Numbered from the stretch's first letter, positions 40,101-52,094 are shown. The stretch: DNA of 64,000 bases from Octopus sinensis (GCF_006345805.1 NC_042997.1:40858001-40922000); one strand, 5' to 3'. Translations and numbers: made by a program. The notes: a model not told the origin generated them from the letters alone.

Positions 40101-41155
40101 TAAAAGACATTACCCAATCCCATTAGGAAATGAAGGCATCAAAAGAGCTAAGGAAATAGATATACAAATGTTAAGGAAAACTAGCTGAAATACTAAACCA
40201 GACTTAAAAATACTCCCGTACATTTCCACACACAACCCTAGAAACAACAAAGCCTTCAACATTATCACCCAAAATCTTCCCATCCTCACAGCAGACAAAA
40301 CAATGAACGAAATTTTAAGCTCATACAAAATTATAAAAAGCAAAAAGCAACCGAAGTCACTGAAAAAAATATTAACCAGCGCAAATCTATATCCATTAAC
40401 AACAGAGCCAGAAGTGAAAAAATGTGGATGTACTAACTGTGGAACATGCCCCCACCTTCTGGAGGGTTCAGAATTTCACTTCAAACAAGGAGAAATATTT
40501 AAGATCAAATCATATTTTACCTGTGCCTCAAAAAATCTAATCTATGTCATGACATGCATACGATGTGGTAAACACTGTATTGGACAAAGAGGAATTTCAC
40601 TCCATCAAAGAACCACCATTCACAAAGAGCAAATCTGCCACCCACAATACAGACAGTTAAAGGAGAGTGAACACAGAAAGATGTGCCAGGAATCTTAATC
40701 CCAATTTCCAAATCTTCCCCTTCTATCAATGTTCACAGAACACCTCAATGCAAAAAAAGGTTGAATAAAAAGGCATTTTTCATCAATAAATATCGCCCCC
40801 AACTAAATATGAACACACAACTCAATACAGTACACCACTAACCCCTATACACTCACTACACCATTCACATCTCTATATCCAGAACTACTTACCTCCCTTA
40901 CAAATAATCTTTTTTCTCAGCAACTATCAGACCTGACACCGTGTATTAGCTGGTGTTTACAAAGCGATGAATAGGTTTATGGAAACCATGGTACACTTTG
41001 TCTTCTGACTTTCTAATCATATCATAATAATGACTTTTATGACTTTTATTAGTACCTCAGTCCATTTAAATGTATATATTTGTCATTACCTTTCATGAAA
41101 AGCCTTTTTTTATTTACAATGTGCATTTTTCGTTGATTTTTCATATTTTACCCCT
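37150..41155 (+). mobile_element. Near full-length Penelope-like element with inverted pseudo-LTRs, frameshifted
   Basis: RT motifs RPIIAGPSCETHRLSNFLD, LYTNIPH, GIAMGT, YLDDCF; GIY-YIG CTNCGTC..KNLIYVMTCIRCGKHCIGQ; 37150-37395 is the reverse complement of 40900-41155. Confidence 0.9.
40959..41001 (+). ncRNA. Candidate variant minimal type I hammerhead in Penelope pLTR (inverted copy at 37292-37334, minus)
   Basis: ACAAAGCG-ATGAATA-GGTTTATG-GAAA-C-CATG-GTA-CACTTTGT: helix I 7 of 8 bp, A3-U8 core, palindromic helix III loop; helix II not convincingly paired. Confidence 0.4.
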
Positions 41156-41189
41156 CATCATCATCATTATCATCATCATTTAGCGTCCG

Positions 41190-41919
<730 letters not shown>

Positions 41920-44900
41920 ACTTTGATACTTTGATAGGTTTCGGCCATTATTGGCCCAGGCCATGTCTAACTAATAGCACCACCTGGTGAAGTCTTTCAA
42001 GTCAGAATTTGGGCACTATGGCCCACTCAAGTAGAGAGTTATTGTTTACAGAGACATATCCGGGTGTAGGGGGTTTATCCGGGATTTCTTGAAGGAATCT
42101 GTCCAAAGACTTCTTGAACCTATAGGGTCAGTTTCTGTTTTAATGTGTTTTGGTGTAATGTTAAAGAGAGCGGGGCCAATTGAGGTGAAATAATTGTGCC
42201 GTATTGTTGTTATGAGATGAGAGTGTGATTTTTGTTTTGGGCGGATGGCACGGGGCCCAAGCCTTGGATGTACCTTAAAGGTGATGCCAAAATCATTTGG
42301 GCAATGCTGATGGAATATTTTCCACATCATGCAGATGATGTAGCGCTCACGACGACGTTGGAGAGAATAGAGTTTTAGCTTTTCTAGTCGACCCCAATAG
42401 TCGAGGCCTGTCATGCCATCTATCTTTTTTGTGATTGCCCTTTGAGGTGCTTCAACTTTTATGATACCTTGTATTGTGTGGGGAGACCACAGTGGACAAC
42501 AGTATTCAAGGTGGGGTCGGGCAAAAGTGGAGAAGAGAAGGATAATGGTGTGGATATCTCTCGACTGGAAAGTTCTGAGAATCCAGGAACACATTCTGCG
42601 GGCCATGTCAACTTTGGTATTTATATGAGTGGCCCAGCTTATGTTGTTGTCCACAATTACTCCCAGGTCTCTGATGTTGTTGGACGCCGCGAGAGTTTCA
42701 CCTGAAGGAAGGGAGTATGGGAGTTTCAGGGCATCCTCTTTTCCAAAGTGGATTAGCTCAAATTTATCCTCGTTCAGCAGCATATTGTTTTTTTCTGCCC
42801 ATTGGATAACAGCCAGTAGATCTGACTGAAGGCATGTCCGGTCACTCGCCTCATTTATGACCTTCTGTAGCTTGGAGTCATCTGCAAAGATTTTTATGTT
42901 GCTGTGCTTGATGATGTCATTAATGTAAATGATGAAAAGAAGTGGGCCCAGCACAGCGCCTTGCGGAACGCCACTACTGACTTTGGCTGGGCTTGATTTT
43001 ACCCCTTCAACTACAACATGTTGAGATCTGTCTGTCAGGAAACACTTGATCCATTTCAGTAACTTTCCAGAGACACCAATGTTGGATAGTTTTTTCAATA
43101 GGATCTTGTGATCGACCCTGTCGAAGGCCTTACTGAAATCAAGGTAGATGACATCGGTGTTGGAGCCCTCTCCCAAAGCTCTCAAAATGTCCTCAAAGTG
43201 ATGCAGGAGCTGCGTTAGGCAGTCCCTTCCATTACGGAACCCATGTTGGTTGGAGATCAGCCGTCTGTTGCTTTCCAGAAATTGGGTTATTCGAGATCTC
43301 ACCACCCTCTCAAATACCTTGATGATATGAGAGGTGAGTGAGATCGGACGGTAATTCACTGCAAGGGACTTATTTCCCTTTTTGAAAACTGGGACAACAG
43401 ACTGGGACAGAAGGTTTTTTGGAATATAGCCAGCATCCAGTGAGTTTCTCCACAGATTAGCAAGGGGAGATGCAAGTTGGTGTCGACACACCTTCAGGAC
43501 ACAAGCAGGGAACCTATCGGGGCCTACTGCTGAATTGTGTTTTATTTCGTTTATCGCCGCTAAGACATCAGGGGCACTAAACGTTATGTCCGATATAGTG
43601 TGTTGGGGGTTGACATCACTGATACAGCCCAGATCGGCCATATCAGGATTGCTGAAAACAGAGCAGTATTGTTTCTGCAGTATCTCGGCCATGGATTTGG
43701 CATTATCTTGGAGAGTGCCAGTTTCGTCAATTAGAGGGCCTACAGTGGAGACAGTGACCCTGCGTTTCCTCGCAAATGAAAAGAACACTTGGGGTTGAGT
43801 TTGATTTTTTCAATGGCCCACTTCTCCTCAGCTGATCTTTGGTTATTGATGAGGGTCTTCATGCATTGTTGGAGGTTATATTTTTTGGATTCAAGCAGTG
43901 CGATAGCCGTCGAATGTGTGTGTTGCTGTTGGCAGTACTTTAGTTTGTTAATTTTTTTGTTTGTTCTTTTTATTTTTCTGATAATGGTTTTTCTGTTTTG
44001 GGGGATTCTGCACTTTTTGTTCACAGGTCTTGGTGGGGAGTGTTTTGCACATATGTCTGTGACGGTGTCTACAAAGATCTGCCAAGATGTTTTATGGTTG
44101 GTGGAGATGTGTGTATGTGTAAAGGACCAGTCAACATGTGATAGCTCGTTCCTGATTGCATCCCAGTTGGCATTATGGAGATCCATGTTGTCAAATGGGT
44201 GGGCTGGAGGAAGGTCACTAGGATTAGCTTTTGGCTGGTGGAATTTCATGTTACAGAGAACCATGTCATGGTCTGAAAGAAGGGTTTTTTCCACTGTAAC
44301 GTTATGTATAGTGTTAGTGTGGTTACTAAACACTAGGTCCAAAATGTTCTGATGTCTTGTTGGTGCAAGGACAAGTTGGGACAAGAAAAACTCATTCGTA
44401 AAGTCGAAAAGTGACTCTGCTGCTTCTTTGTCAGCGGTTGAGGCGGGAGTGCTTGGTTTCAAACAGTTTGTAGTCCAGTCAACACAGGGTAGATTGAAGT
44501 CTCCCATCATGAGTATGTTGCTAGAATGGCACTGTTGAATAAAGCACTTAATGCTGTTGAGGCATTCTTGAAAGCACAGTATGGGTGTTTGGGGCGGCCT
44601 ATAGAGCCCAATTACTGTCAGGTCATTGGCTTTGTTGTGCACGGTGACTGATTCACAGTAGCCGTTGGAGAATATACTATTTCCATCTGCCGTAAATGAA
44701 TCATGCAGGAAAATGGCAGTTCCACCCTTCCTCCTGCTGATACGATCCGCGCGGATGGTTGTGAAATTCTTCACTCTCACTTTGGCTTCCAAGTGGGAGT
44801 TGTCAAGGTGGGTCTCAGTGAGAATGAAGAAAGGGATGTGGTGTGAATGGTTACCAACCCAGTCTTCAATGAATTGGAGCATCCATTTTTGTGCGTTGAT

Positions 44901-46470
44901 GGAAGGGCTGACACCTTGTGCATTGAGTAGGAATGTGGAGGTTAGTGTAGTGGCTGGTTTTGACTGTTGCAGGGGGCTTGGATATTTTGTGTGTGTTAGT
45001 GGCAGCAATGTGGGGAATTGGTGCACTGGGGTAATAGCATAGGATGGTGTTGAGTGATGGCTAGAATGTTTTTGTGTATCTCTTTTGCCATGTTCAACAT
45101 GGCTAAAAAAGAATTTTCCTGCTTAGGGAGCAGTTTTTGGCTGGAGGTGTGGTTGCACTGTTGGATAGGGTTGTAGTTTCCACTTTTGTTGTTGTTGTTT
45201 TTGTGTCTTCCTGAAAAGACTGGACCAGCATTACTGCAGCATGGTGTGTTTCTATTTTTATTGTTATTCAGGTTGTGTGTTGGCTTGAAGCCCCGTTTCT
45301 GTTTGTGCGTCGGGTCCCTGGAAGATGAGTGAAGGGACAGTCACTCAGCAGACATGTTCTCTCACGTTGGGAATACCGGCAGATTTTGGGACTCCGAGTT
45401 GTGTGTGTTTTGAATTTCGATTTACTATTTGGTGGTGTTGATGTTATTGTGGGATGCGTGCTTTGGCCTTGGCCGGTAGTGCGTCTAGTGCCGGGTAGAT
45501 GCGTGAAGATGCAGTCACTATTTGTGCAGAGTCTCTGGCGCAGTGAATAGCGGCATATTTGGGGATTTCTTGTTTGTGCCGTGGGGGGCGCATTCTGCTT
45601 CCTATGTTTCTTTAAGTTTTTGTTACTGCAGTAGTATTGAGGTGGTGATGTGGGGGAAGTGGGCAGTGGTTTCTTATTTGGTTTTCTGTTGGTATTTTTG
45701 GTGATAGAAGACGATGGTGGCAGCGGTGGTGATGATGATGATGATAATTGTGGTGGTTGCCATGAGAGCGGTGAAAAGATACTGGCATTTAGTGAATCAT
45801 CTAGTAAGCTAGAGTTGAGGAGTGGCTGTTGTGCTGGGAACCAGGAGTGGTTCATTCTGTTGTTGTTGTTGTTGTGGCTGCTTTTTTCTAGCTGTTGCTG
45901 TTCTTGAACTGTGAAAATATGAAGAAGCTTTTCATAATGGCCTTTTGTCAGTTTGAAAGATACTTCGATATGTTTCAGTTTACTACGAATCTGTTTGACG
46001 GATCGTGTGTTGACCACTTGTGATGTTTTTTCGGCAATCTCATTCAAACACAAAACATTTAGATTTTCTGTTTGGGAAAGAGAGAACCATGTGTTTATTA
46101 AAACATCAATTTCGTTATCAGACCAATTTCGTCTGTTGCAGGCCTGCAAGTTAGTCATGTTTGTTTTTCTTTTGTTTGTTTTCCTTTTGATTTTTGAAAA
46201 TATATATATTCTTTCTTGGGAGTTAAAGAAGTGTATATATATATAAATGTTCTCTCTTAAGGGTGTGAGTTTTTGATTATTTGGTTGTTTGAGGATATTA
46301 AAAGAAAAACAGGTGTATATAACAAATTGTAGTTAAATGAAAACGTACTTACGGGTTTGTAGGCAAACACGTGGTTACAAATATATATATATTTAAGGTC
46401 AGTTAGGTTTTGAAGCTGTGTAGCTTGCTACTGACTTGGGAGAGAAACAAATAGACGTCCGTCTACTTCA
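41920..46470 (-). mobile_element. Near-intact CR1-group LINE (5'UTR, ORF1, APE-RT ORF2, (ATCAAAGT)n tail) between (TA)n tracts
   Basis: ORF1 45268-46158; APE 43740-45026 (LTETHL, MGDFNLP, LDLVF, SDH); RT 42046-43788 (NYRPISLTS, YLDFSKAFD, GVPQG, FADD); two 1-nt frameshifts; 8-bp tandem tail at 41920-41935. Confidence 0.92.
45268..46158 (-). CDS. LINE ORF1 with Myb/SANT-like N-terminus and two C-x8-C-x4-C-x3-H zinc fingers
   Basis: RRNWSDNEIDVLINTW..RSVKQIRSKLKHI; CRYSLRQRLCTNSDCIFTH and CRYSQRERTCLLSDCPFTH. Confidence 0.75.
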   Translation of the reverse strand: MTNLQACNRRNWSDNEIDVLINTWFSLSQTENLNVLCLNEIAEKTSQVVNTRSVKQIRSKLKHIEVSFKLTKGHYEKLLHIFTVQEQQQLEKSSHNNNNNRMNHSWFPAQQPLLNSSLLDDSLNASIFSPLSWQPPQLSSSSSPPLPPSSSITKNTNRKPNKKPLPTSPTSPPQYYCSNKNLKKHRKQNAPPTAQTRNPQICRYSLRQRLCTNSDCIFTHLPGTRRTTGQGQSTHPTITSTPPNSKSKFKTHTTRSPKICRYSQRERTCLLSDCPFTHLPGTRRTNRNGASSQHTT

Positions 46471-46479
46471 ACAGTTAAT

Positions 46480-46527
46480 CCATATATATGTACATATATA
46501 TATATATACTATATATATATATGTACA

Positions 46528-46559
<32 letters not shown>

Positions 46560-46611
46560 GTACATATAATATATATATAATATATATATATATTATATAT
46601 ATGTAAATATT

Positions 46612-46644
<33 letters not shown>

Positions 46645-46694
46645 GTAAATATTTATATTATATATATACATATATATATGTAAATATTTATATA

Positions 46695-46727
<33 letters not shown>

Positions 46728-46736
46728 GTAAATATT

Positions 46737-46767
<31 letters not shown>

Positions 46768-46857
46768 GTAATATTTATATATATATATATATATATATGT
46801 AATATATATATATCATATATATATATATATGTACATATTATATATACATATATATAT

Positions 46858-46899
<42 letters not shown>

Positions 46900-46931
46900 A
46901 TATATATATACATATATAATATATATATATA

Positions 46932-46973
<42 letters not shown>

Positions 46974-47035
46974 CATATATATATATATATATATATATGT
47001 ACATATATATATATATTATATATATATATATGTAC

Positions 47036-47067
<32 letters not shown>

Positions 47068-47068
47068 G

Positions 47069-47103
<35 letters not shown>

Positions 47104-47250
47104 CATATATATATAATATACATATATATATATATATATTATATATATATATATGTACATATATATATATATGTAAATATTTATATATATGTAAATATAT
47201 ATATATATATTGTTATATTTCGGAATGGTCATATGTATGTATATTTAAAC

Positions 47251-47281
<31 letters not shown>

Positions 47282-47313
47282 CATCATCATCATCATCATC
47301 GTTTAACGTCCGC

Positions 47314-47344
<31 letters not shown>

Positions 47345-47345
47345 T
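46480..47345. repeat. (TA)n-rich microsatellite
   Basis: Direct reading. Confidence 0.95.
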
Positions 47346-49769
47346 ACATATCTATATCTATAAAAGGCAGGATGTGTGTGTATGTGAATATAATTTATGC
47401 ATGTCCACAAATTAGCATGCATGTCACTCCAATTTTAGGAGGACATTGGTCATGACCATAGCTGTGATTTTCTCAACTTATTTTCCCCGAGGTGTGTGTG
47501 TGCCTTTTACCAGTCTCCACGTCGGTGAAATCCCTAAGTTTACTAATATGAGTTAAGTCCCCTGTCTTGCAATGGTGAAAAGTATTATACAGAGAAACAA
47601 AGATGAAAACATCTGAAATATATGTATATTTAGTTTTAAATTTTCCACAAAACTTGACTTAGCTAATTCTATCAGATGGTGCTATTTAAGTTAGACCAAT
47701 CTGTAGTCGAAACATCTAACTTATTTAAGTTTATATTTGTATATATATATATATATATATATACACACAAACATGAACACACATGCACAAGCAAACACAC
47801 ACACACATGTATAAATAAAGAAATAATAATGCATAGATATACGTTCAATACATTAGCTCAAGTGCTGATAATACTCTCACTTTGGTTCAATTAATTGTTT
47901 TCAGAAACTGAATATCTTTCTGTCTATATTTCTGTTCCATCGTTTGTATTTGACAATAGTTGCTGTGCATGCATTTCAATTTTGACCTGAATGGCGCGTT
48001 ACAATTTAAGTGCCTTATTCATCAGAACCTTAACATATATATATACATACATACACACACATATATATATGTATGTATATATTAAGGTTCTGATAGCTGT
48101 CAGTACTATCAATGGCCAGCTCATAAGCTGAATTCCAGGTGAGGAGTGCATCTACAAATCGATTGACCAGACTACTGACCCCAAGACATTGTCAATTACC
48201 CCATCGAGTTTCTCAACTCATTGGAGCCAGTGGGGCTTCTACCTCACATTCTTTGGCTAAAGGTTGGATGCCAATTATACTAATCAGCAACTTGCTTCTG
48301 CCTAAACAGTGGAATGGGACCCACTTGGTTGTCAAGTTCCTGACACCCCACTTGATTGAGGCCACCATTGTTTAGGGGTGTGAGAAGGGGGAAAATGTTT
48401 TCATTTCAAGGATGCCCCTTTATCCCTCGGGATCAGACATGCCGTTTAACTTATGCAGCTCGCAGTTCCCAGTGAGGCCATGCTTTACAATGTCCATCAA
48501 CAAATCCCAAGGCCAAACACTATTGGTGGTGGGAATCCATTTGTGGGAGTCGTGCTTTTCACATGGGCAGCTTTATGTGGCCTGCTACTGTGTGGGAAGT
48601 AGAAACACTCTTTTTGTGTATGCTCCACAAGGCAGAACATGCAATGTTGTCTATAGCAAAGTTTTATAGGCAAGTCATCATTGCAGCCAATGTGGCTATA
48701 TACAGGTGATCTGGAAGCATTGGCCAGACATATTCTCAAACCATGGCAACATGACTAATGGACTCTTTCTTTTCTTTCTTCTACAATGCTGATTTCTCCA
48801 ACAACAATGCTCACTCAGCCAATATCAGTGCTTGGCCAAGTTGCTCATAGATTTAGGCTAGAAGGGCCAGCTCCCTTATTCTTTTGTTAAGGCTGTTGGT
48901 AAGTTTTCCTAAGTTACTCCAATCCAGATCTCCAATGCAAACCCTCGAATCAACCTTCTCCAAAGCAGATCTCTAATGCAACCTTATCCAATGCAGATCT
49001 CCAAGGCAACCTTCTCCAATGTATATCTTTGATGCAGCCTTGACCAAGAGTACCGCTAGGAGGGGTAAGGACTAGATCAGGATTAGTTGCTGCCTTTTAG
49101 AGGCTCCTGAGCCCCTTTCAGTAGGTTAGCTAAGGCTTAGGTTAAGGCTTAGACACAGAGAATAGGGAGCCATTTTGGCCATTCTATTTTCCTTGACGGA
49201 AGGGCTCCCAACCCATGGGCCAAGTGGGGTTAGATGATGGGGGGGTCCGAAGGGGGCCAGCATGAGCAACCTGATCACCTCTGCTGGTCAAACTCCCAAC
49301 CCATATGTTCCCGCCGCGACACTGATTCTGCATAAGTGGGTTGGGTGTGAAAACCAACTTAAAAGTATAAATATAGATTTTTTGAATCAGCAATGTTGTG
49401 TTCGGTTAAGTTCTATATGGGGTGAAAAATCAATAAACTGATTCCTTATGGGGTTTTCCATTCAATTAGGATAAAAAATTGATAAACTGATTCCTTATAA
49501 GATTTCCCACTAAAATTGGCTACACCCATTTTTCAACCATAACTTTAACCAATTTTGATGTATTTTGTTTAAACTTGATGCCAGTATTACTTAGGACTCA
49601 TGGGATCTTTGAATGCCTTAAGTTCTCCAAAAATAAAAAACAATCGTAAAGTATACTAGCCATCTCAATATGGCTAACCACTAGGGGTGGGTGTTACTGT
49701 AGACAGAATTTCTGTGCCATTATGATATTTGCAAAGGCAAGTCATCCCCTCTCATAAACCTAAGTGATA

Positions 49770-49814
49770 CGCATGGACTGCAGTTTCGAGATTATTGTCT
49801 CTTGTCAACACACG
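49770..49814 (-). ncRNA. Minimal type I hammerhead ribozyme (intact core)
   Basis: CGTGTG-TTGACAA-GAGA-CAATAA-TCTC-GAAA-C-TGCA-GTC-CATGCG. Confidence 0.75.
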
Positions 49815-50126
49815 GTAACCACCAGTTTTCGATGAGGAGTGACCTATTTGCGAATATCTATTTAATGTTTTTCCCAGTAACCACTGTCACTGATTTCGAA
49901 AAACAGTCTGAAAGCAATAATAAATCTCTGAACGAGATGTAACCAGTAAGCGCTCGACAACGTAAAGTATACTAGCCATCTCAATATGGCTAACCACGAG
50001 GGGTGGGTGTTACTGTAGCTTTTTAGCCCCAGGAGATCATCGTCTCCAGCTGGCTTTAGACACAATTTCTGTGCCATTATGATATTTGCAAAGGGAGGTC
50101 ATCTCCTCTCGTAAACCTAAGTGATA

Positions 50127-50170
50127 TGCATGGACTGCAGTTTCGAGATTATTATCTCTTGTCAACACAT
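50127..50170 (-). ncRNA. Minimal type I hammerhead ribozyme (intact core, shorter helix I)
   Basis: ATGTG-TTGACAA-GAGA-TAATAA-TCTC-GAAA-C-TGCA-GTC-CATGCA. Confidence 0.7.
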
Positions 50171-50277
50171 GGTATTGCTTTCAGACCGTTTTTCGAAATC
50201 AGTGACAGTGGTTACTGGGAAAAACATTAAATAAATATTCGCAAACAGGTCTCTCCTCATCGAAAACCAGTGATTAC

Positions 50278-50322
50278 CGTGTGTTGACAAGAGACAATAA
50301 TCTTAAAACTGAAATCCATGCA
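50278..50322 (+). ncRNA. Decayed hammerhead copy
   Basis: TTGACAA-GAGA-CAATAA-TCTT-AAAA-C-TGAA-ATC: G12, the helix II closing pair and the palindrome are mutated. Confidence 0.6.
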
Positions 50323-50634
50323 TATCACTTAGGTTTACGAGAGGAGATGATCTCCCTTTGCAAATATCATAATGGCACAGAAATTGTGTCTAAAGCCAAC
50401 TGGAGCCGATGATCTCCTGGGGCTAAAAAGCTACAGTAACACCCACCCCTAGTGGTTAGCCATATTGAGATGGCTAGTATACTTTACGTTGTCGACCGCG
50501 TACTGTTTACATCTCGTTCAGAGATTTATTATTGCTTTCAGACCGTTTTTCGAAATCAGTGACAGTGGTTACTGGGAAAAACATTAAATAGATATTCGCA
50601 AATAGGTCACTCCTCATCGAAAACTGGTGGTTAC

Positions 50635-50679
50635 CGTGTGTTGACAAGAGACAATAATCTCGAAACTGCAGTCCATGCG
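50635..50679 (+). ncRNA. Minimal type I hammerhead ribozyme (intact core; predicted cleavage after 50673)
   Basis: CGTGTG-TTGACAA-GAGA-CAATAA-TCTC-GAAA-C-TGCA-GTC-CATGCG; helix I 6 bp including two G-U pairs. Confidence 0.75.
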
Positions 50680-51032
50680 TATCACTTAGGTTTACGATAG
50701 GGGATGACCTCCCTTTGCAAATATCATAATGGCACAGAAATTGTGTCTAAAGCCAGCTTGAGACGATGATCTCCTGGGGCTATAAAGCTACAGTAACACC
50801 CATCCCTAGTGGTTAGCCATATTGAAAAAACAATCGATAAATGGAAAAATCAATAAACTGATTCCTTATGGGATTTCCCAATCAAATAGTCTGCAACCCA
50901 TCTTCAGCCAAACATTTACCAATTTCAATGGATTTTGCTCAAATATGACATCAGGATTACCTAGTTTTGTTTGATTAGCTTAATAATCCTAACTTAATCC
51001 TGGGCACTGCCAGGCTATACTGCTAGTATGTA

Positions 51033-51835
51033 TCAGGTCATCCCATAAGTTCTGTCCAATTTTGCCTTTTTTAAAATTGAATGAAATTTAATAGTATTTT
51101 AGAATGTCTAATGGAATTGAAAATTATTTTTATGCATTTGTGTACATTTAAACTAATTAGATATTTTTTTTACACATTAATAGAATTAAAATTTCTTTGA
51201 TTAAAACCCTAACATGGAAGTACACAAAGAGCATTTGATGCACATAATGTTTTATGAGTACAAAAAAGGAAACTCTGCAGCTGAAGCGACTGAAAACATA
51301 GTCAGTCTATGGGAAAGAATGCTTGAATGAAAGAACTTGCAGAGGATGGCTTGCAAAATTCAGAAGTGGAGATTTCAGCCTTGAAGATGAAGATCAAATA
51401 GGACATCCAGTTGAGTTTGATGATAAGCTCCTTGAAGCATTACTTGAAGAAAATCCTGCATTATCAGCTGAAGAATTGGCAATAAAGCTTAGTTCAAATT
51501 TAGCTCATCGTCATCTTTAACAACTTGGAAAGGTTCCTAAATTTGGAAAATGAATTGTCTGAAAGCAGCCGCAAATCCCGAGTTGACATCTGCTCTTCTC
51601 TCCATTCTCATGAACTCATTCCACCCTTTTTGGATAGACTTTGACTGGTGACGAAAATGGATCTTCTATCGAAATGTTAAACGTCGTAAACAGTGGCTTG
51701 GTAAAAGGGAAAAAGCTCAACCACAACCGAGAAGGCAACTTCATGGGAAAAAGTTTCTTCTCTCTATCTGGTGGGATTGCAAAGGAGTAATTCACTTTGA
51801 ATTGTTACCACCTAATGCAACAAACAATGGTCAAA
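51033..51835 (+). mobile_element. 3'-truncated mariner transposon (second family)
   Basis: TA|TCAGGTCATCCCATAAG left end; [59 protein letters not shown]; ends at a (TA)n tract. Confidence 0.85.
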
Positions 51836-51895
51836 TTATATATATATATATATATATATACATATATATTTATACATACATACATTCATATATAT

Positions 51896-51947
<52 letters not shown>

Positions 51948-52094
51948 ATATGTACATAGGTACATACATACATATACCAGAGTAAGCACATAAATGTGAA
52001 ACAAGGTCAAAAAAAGAGTACTCAAATACCAGAAGTAGAGTAATGTGCTTTATTTAAAAGCAGCAGAAATATCACAAAAAGTGTTACTCAGAGG

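Larger units (their letters stand above)
49647..50824. mobile_element. Retrozyme-like insertion: 357-bp hammerhead-bearing units, inverted arrangement, 12-bp TSD
   Basis: AAAAAACAATCG at 49635-49646 and 50825-50836; left arm 49647-50173 antisense, right arm 50174-50824 sense; hammerhead spacing 357 bp in both arms; no ORF. Confidence 0.8.
47351..51026 (+). mobile_element. Helitron-derived region: TC 5' end, PIF1-type helicase C-terminal fragment, subterminal repeats, hairpin-CTAG 3' end
   Basis: A|TCTATATCTATAAAAGGC at 47351; 48100-48669 encodes NYPIEFLNSL..NGTHLVV..QFPVRPCFTMSINKSQGQTL..FSHGQLYVA; CCTGG-GCACTG-CCAGG hairpin at 50999-51014 and CTAG|T at 51023-51027; that all parts form one element is inference. 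Confidence 0.65.

Noticed and set aside
50445-50525. tRNA-like CTAGTGGTTAG in the retrozyme unit as a Pol III promoter
   Set aside because: A box incomplete and no convincing B box downstream
49647-50824. CRISPR array or prokaryotic element interpretation of the repeats
   Set aside because: Units are 357 bp with no spacer variation, and the context is eukaryotic with spliceosomal introns
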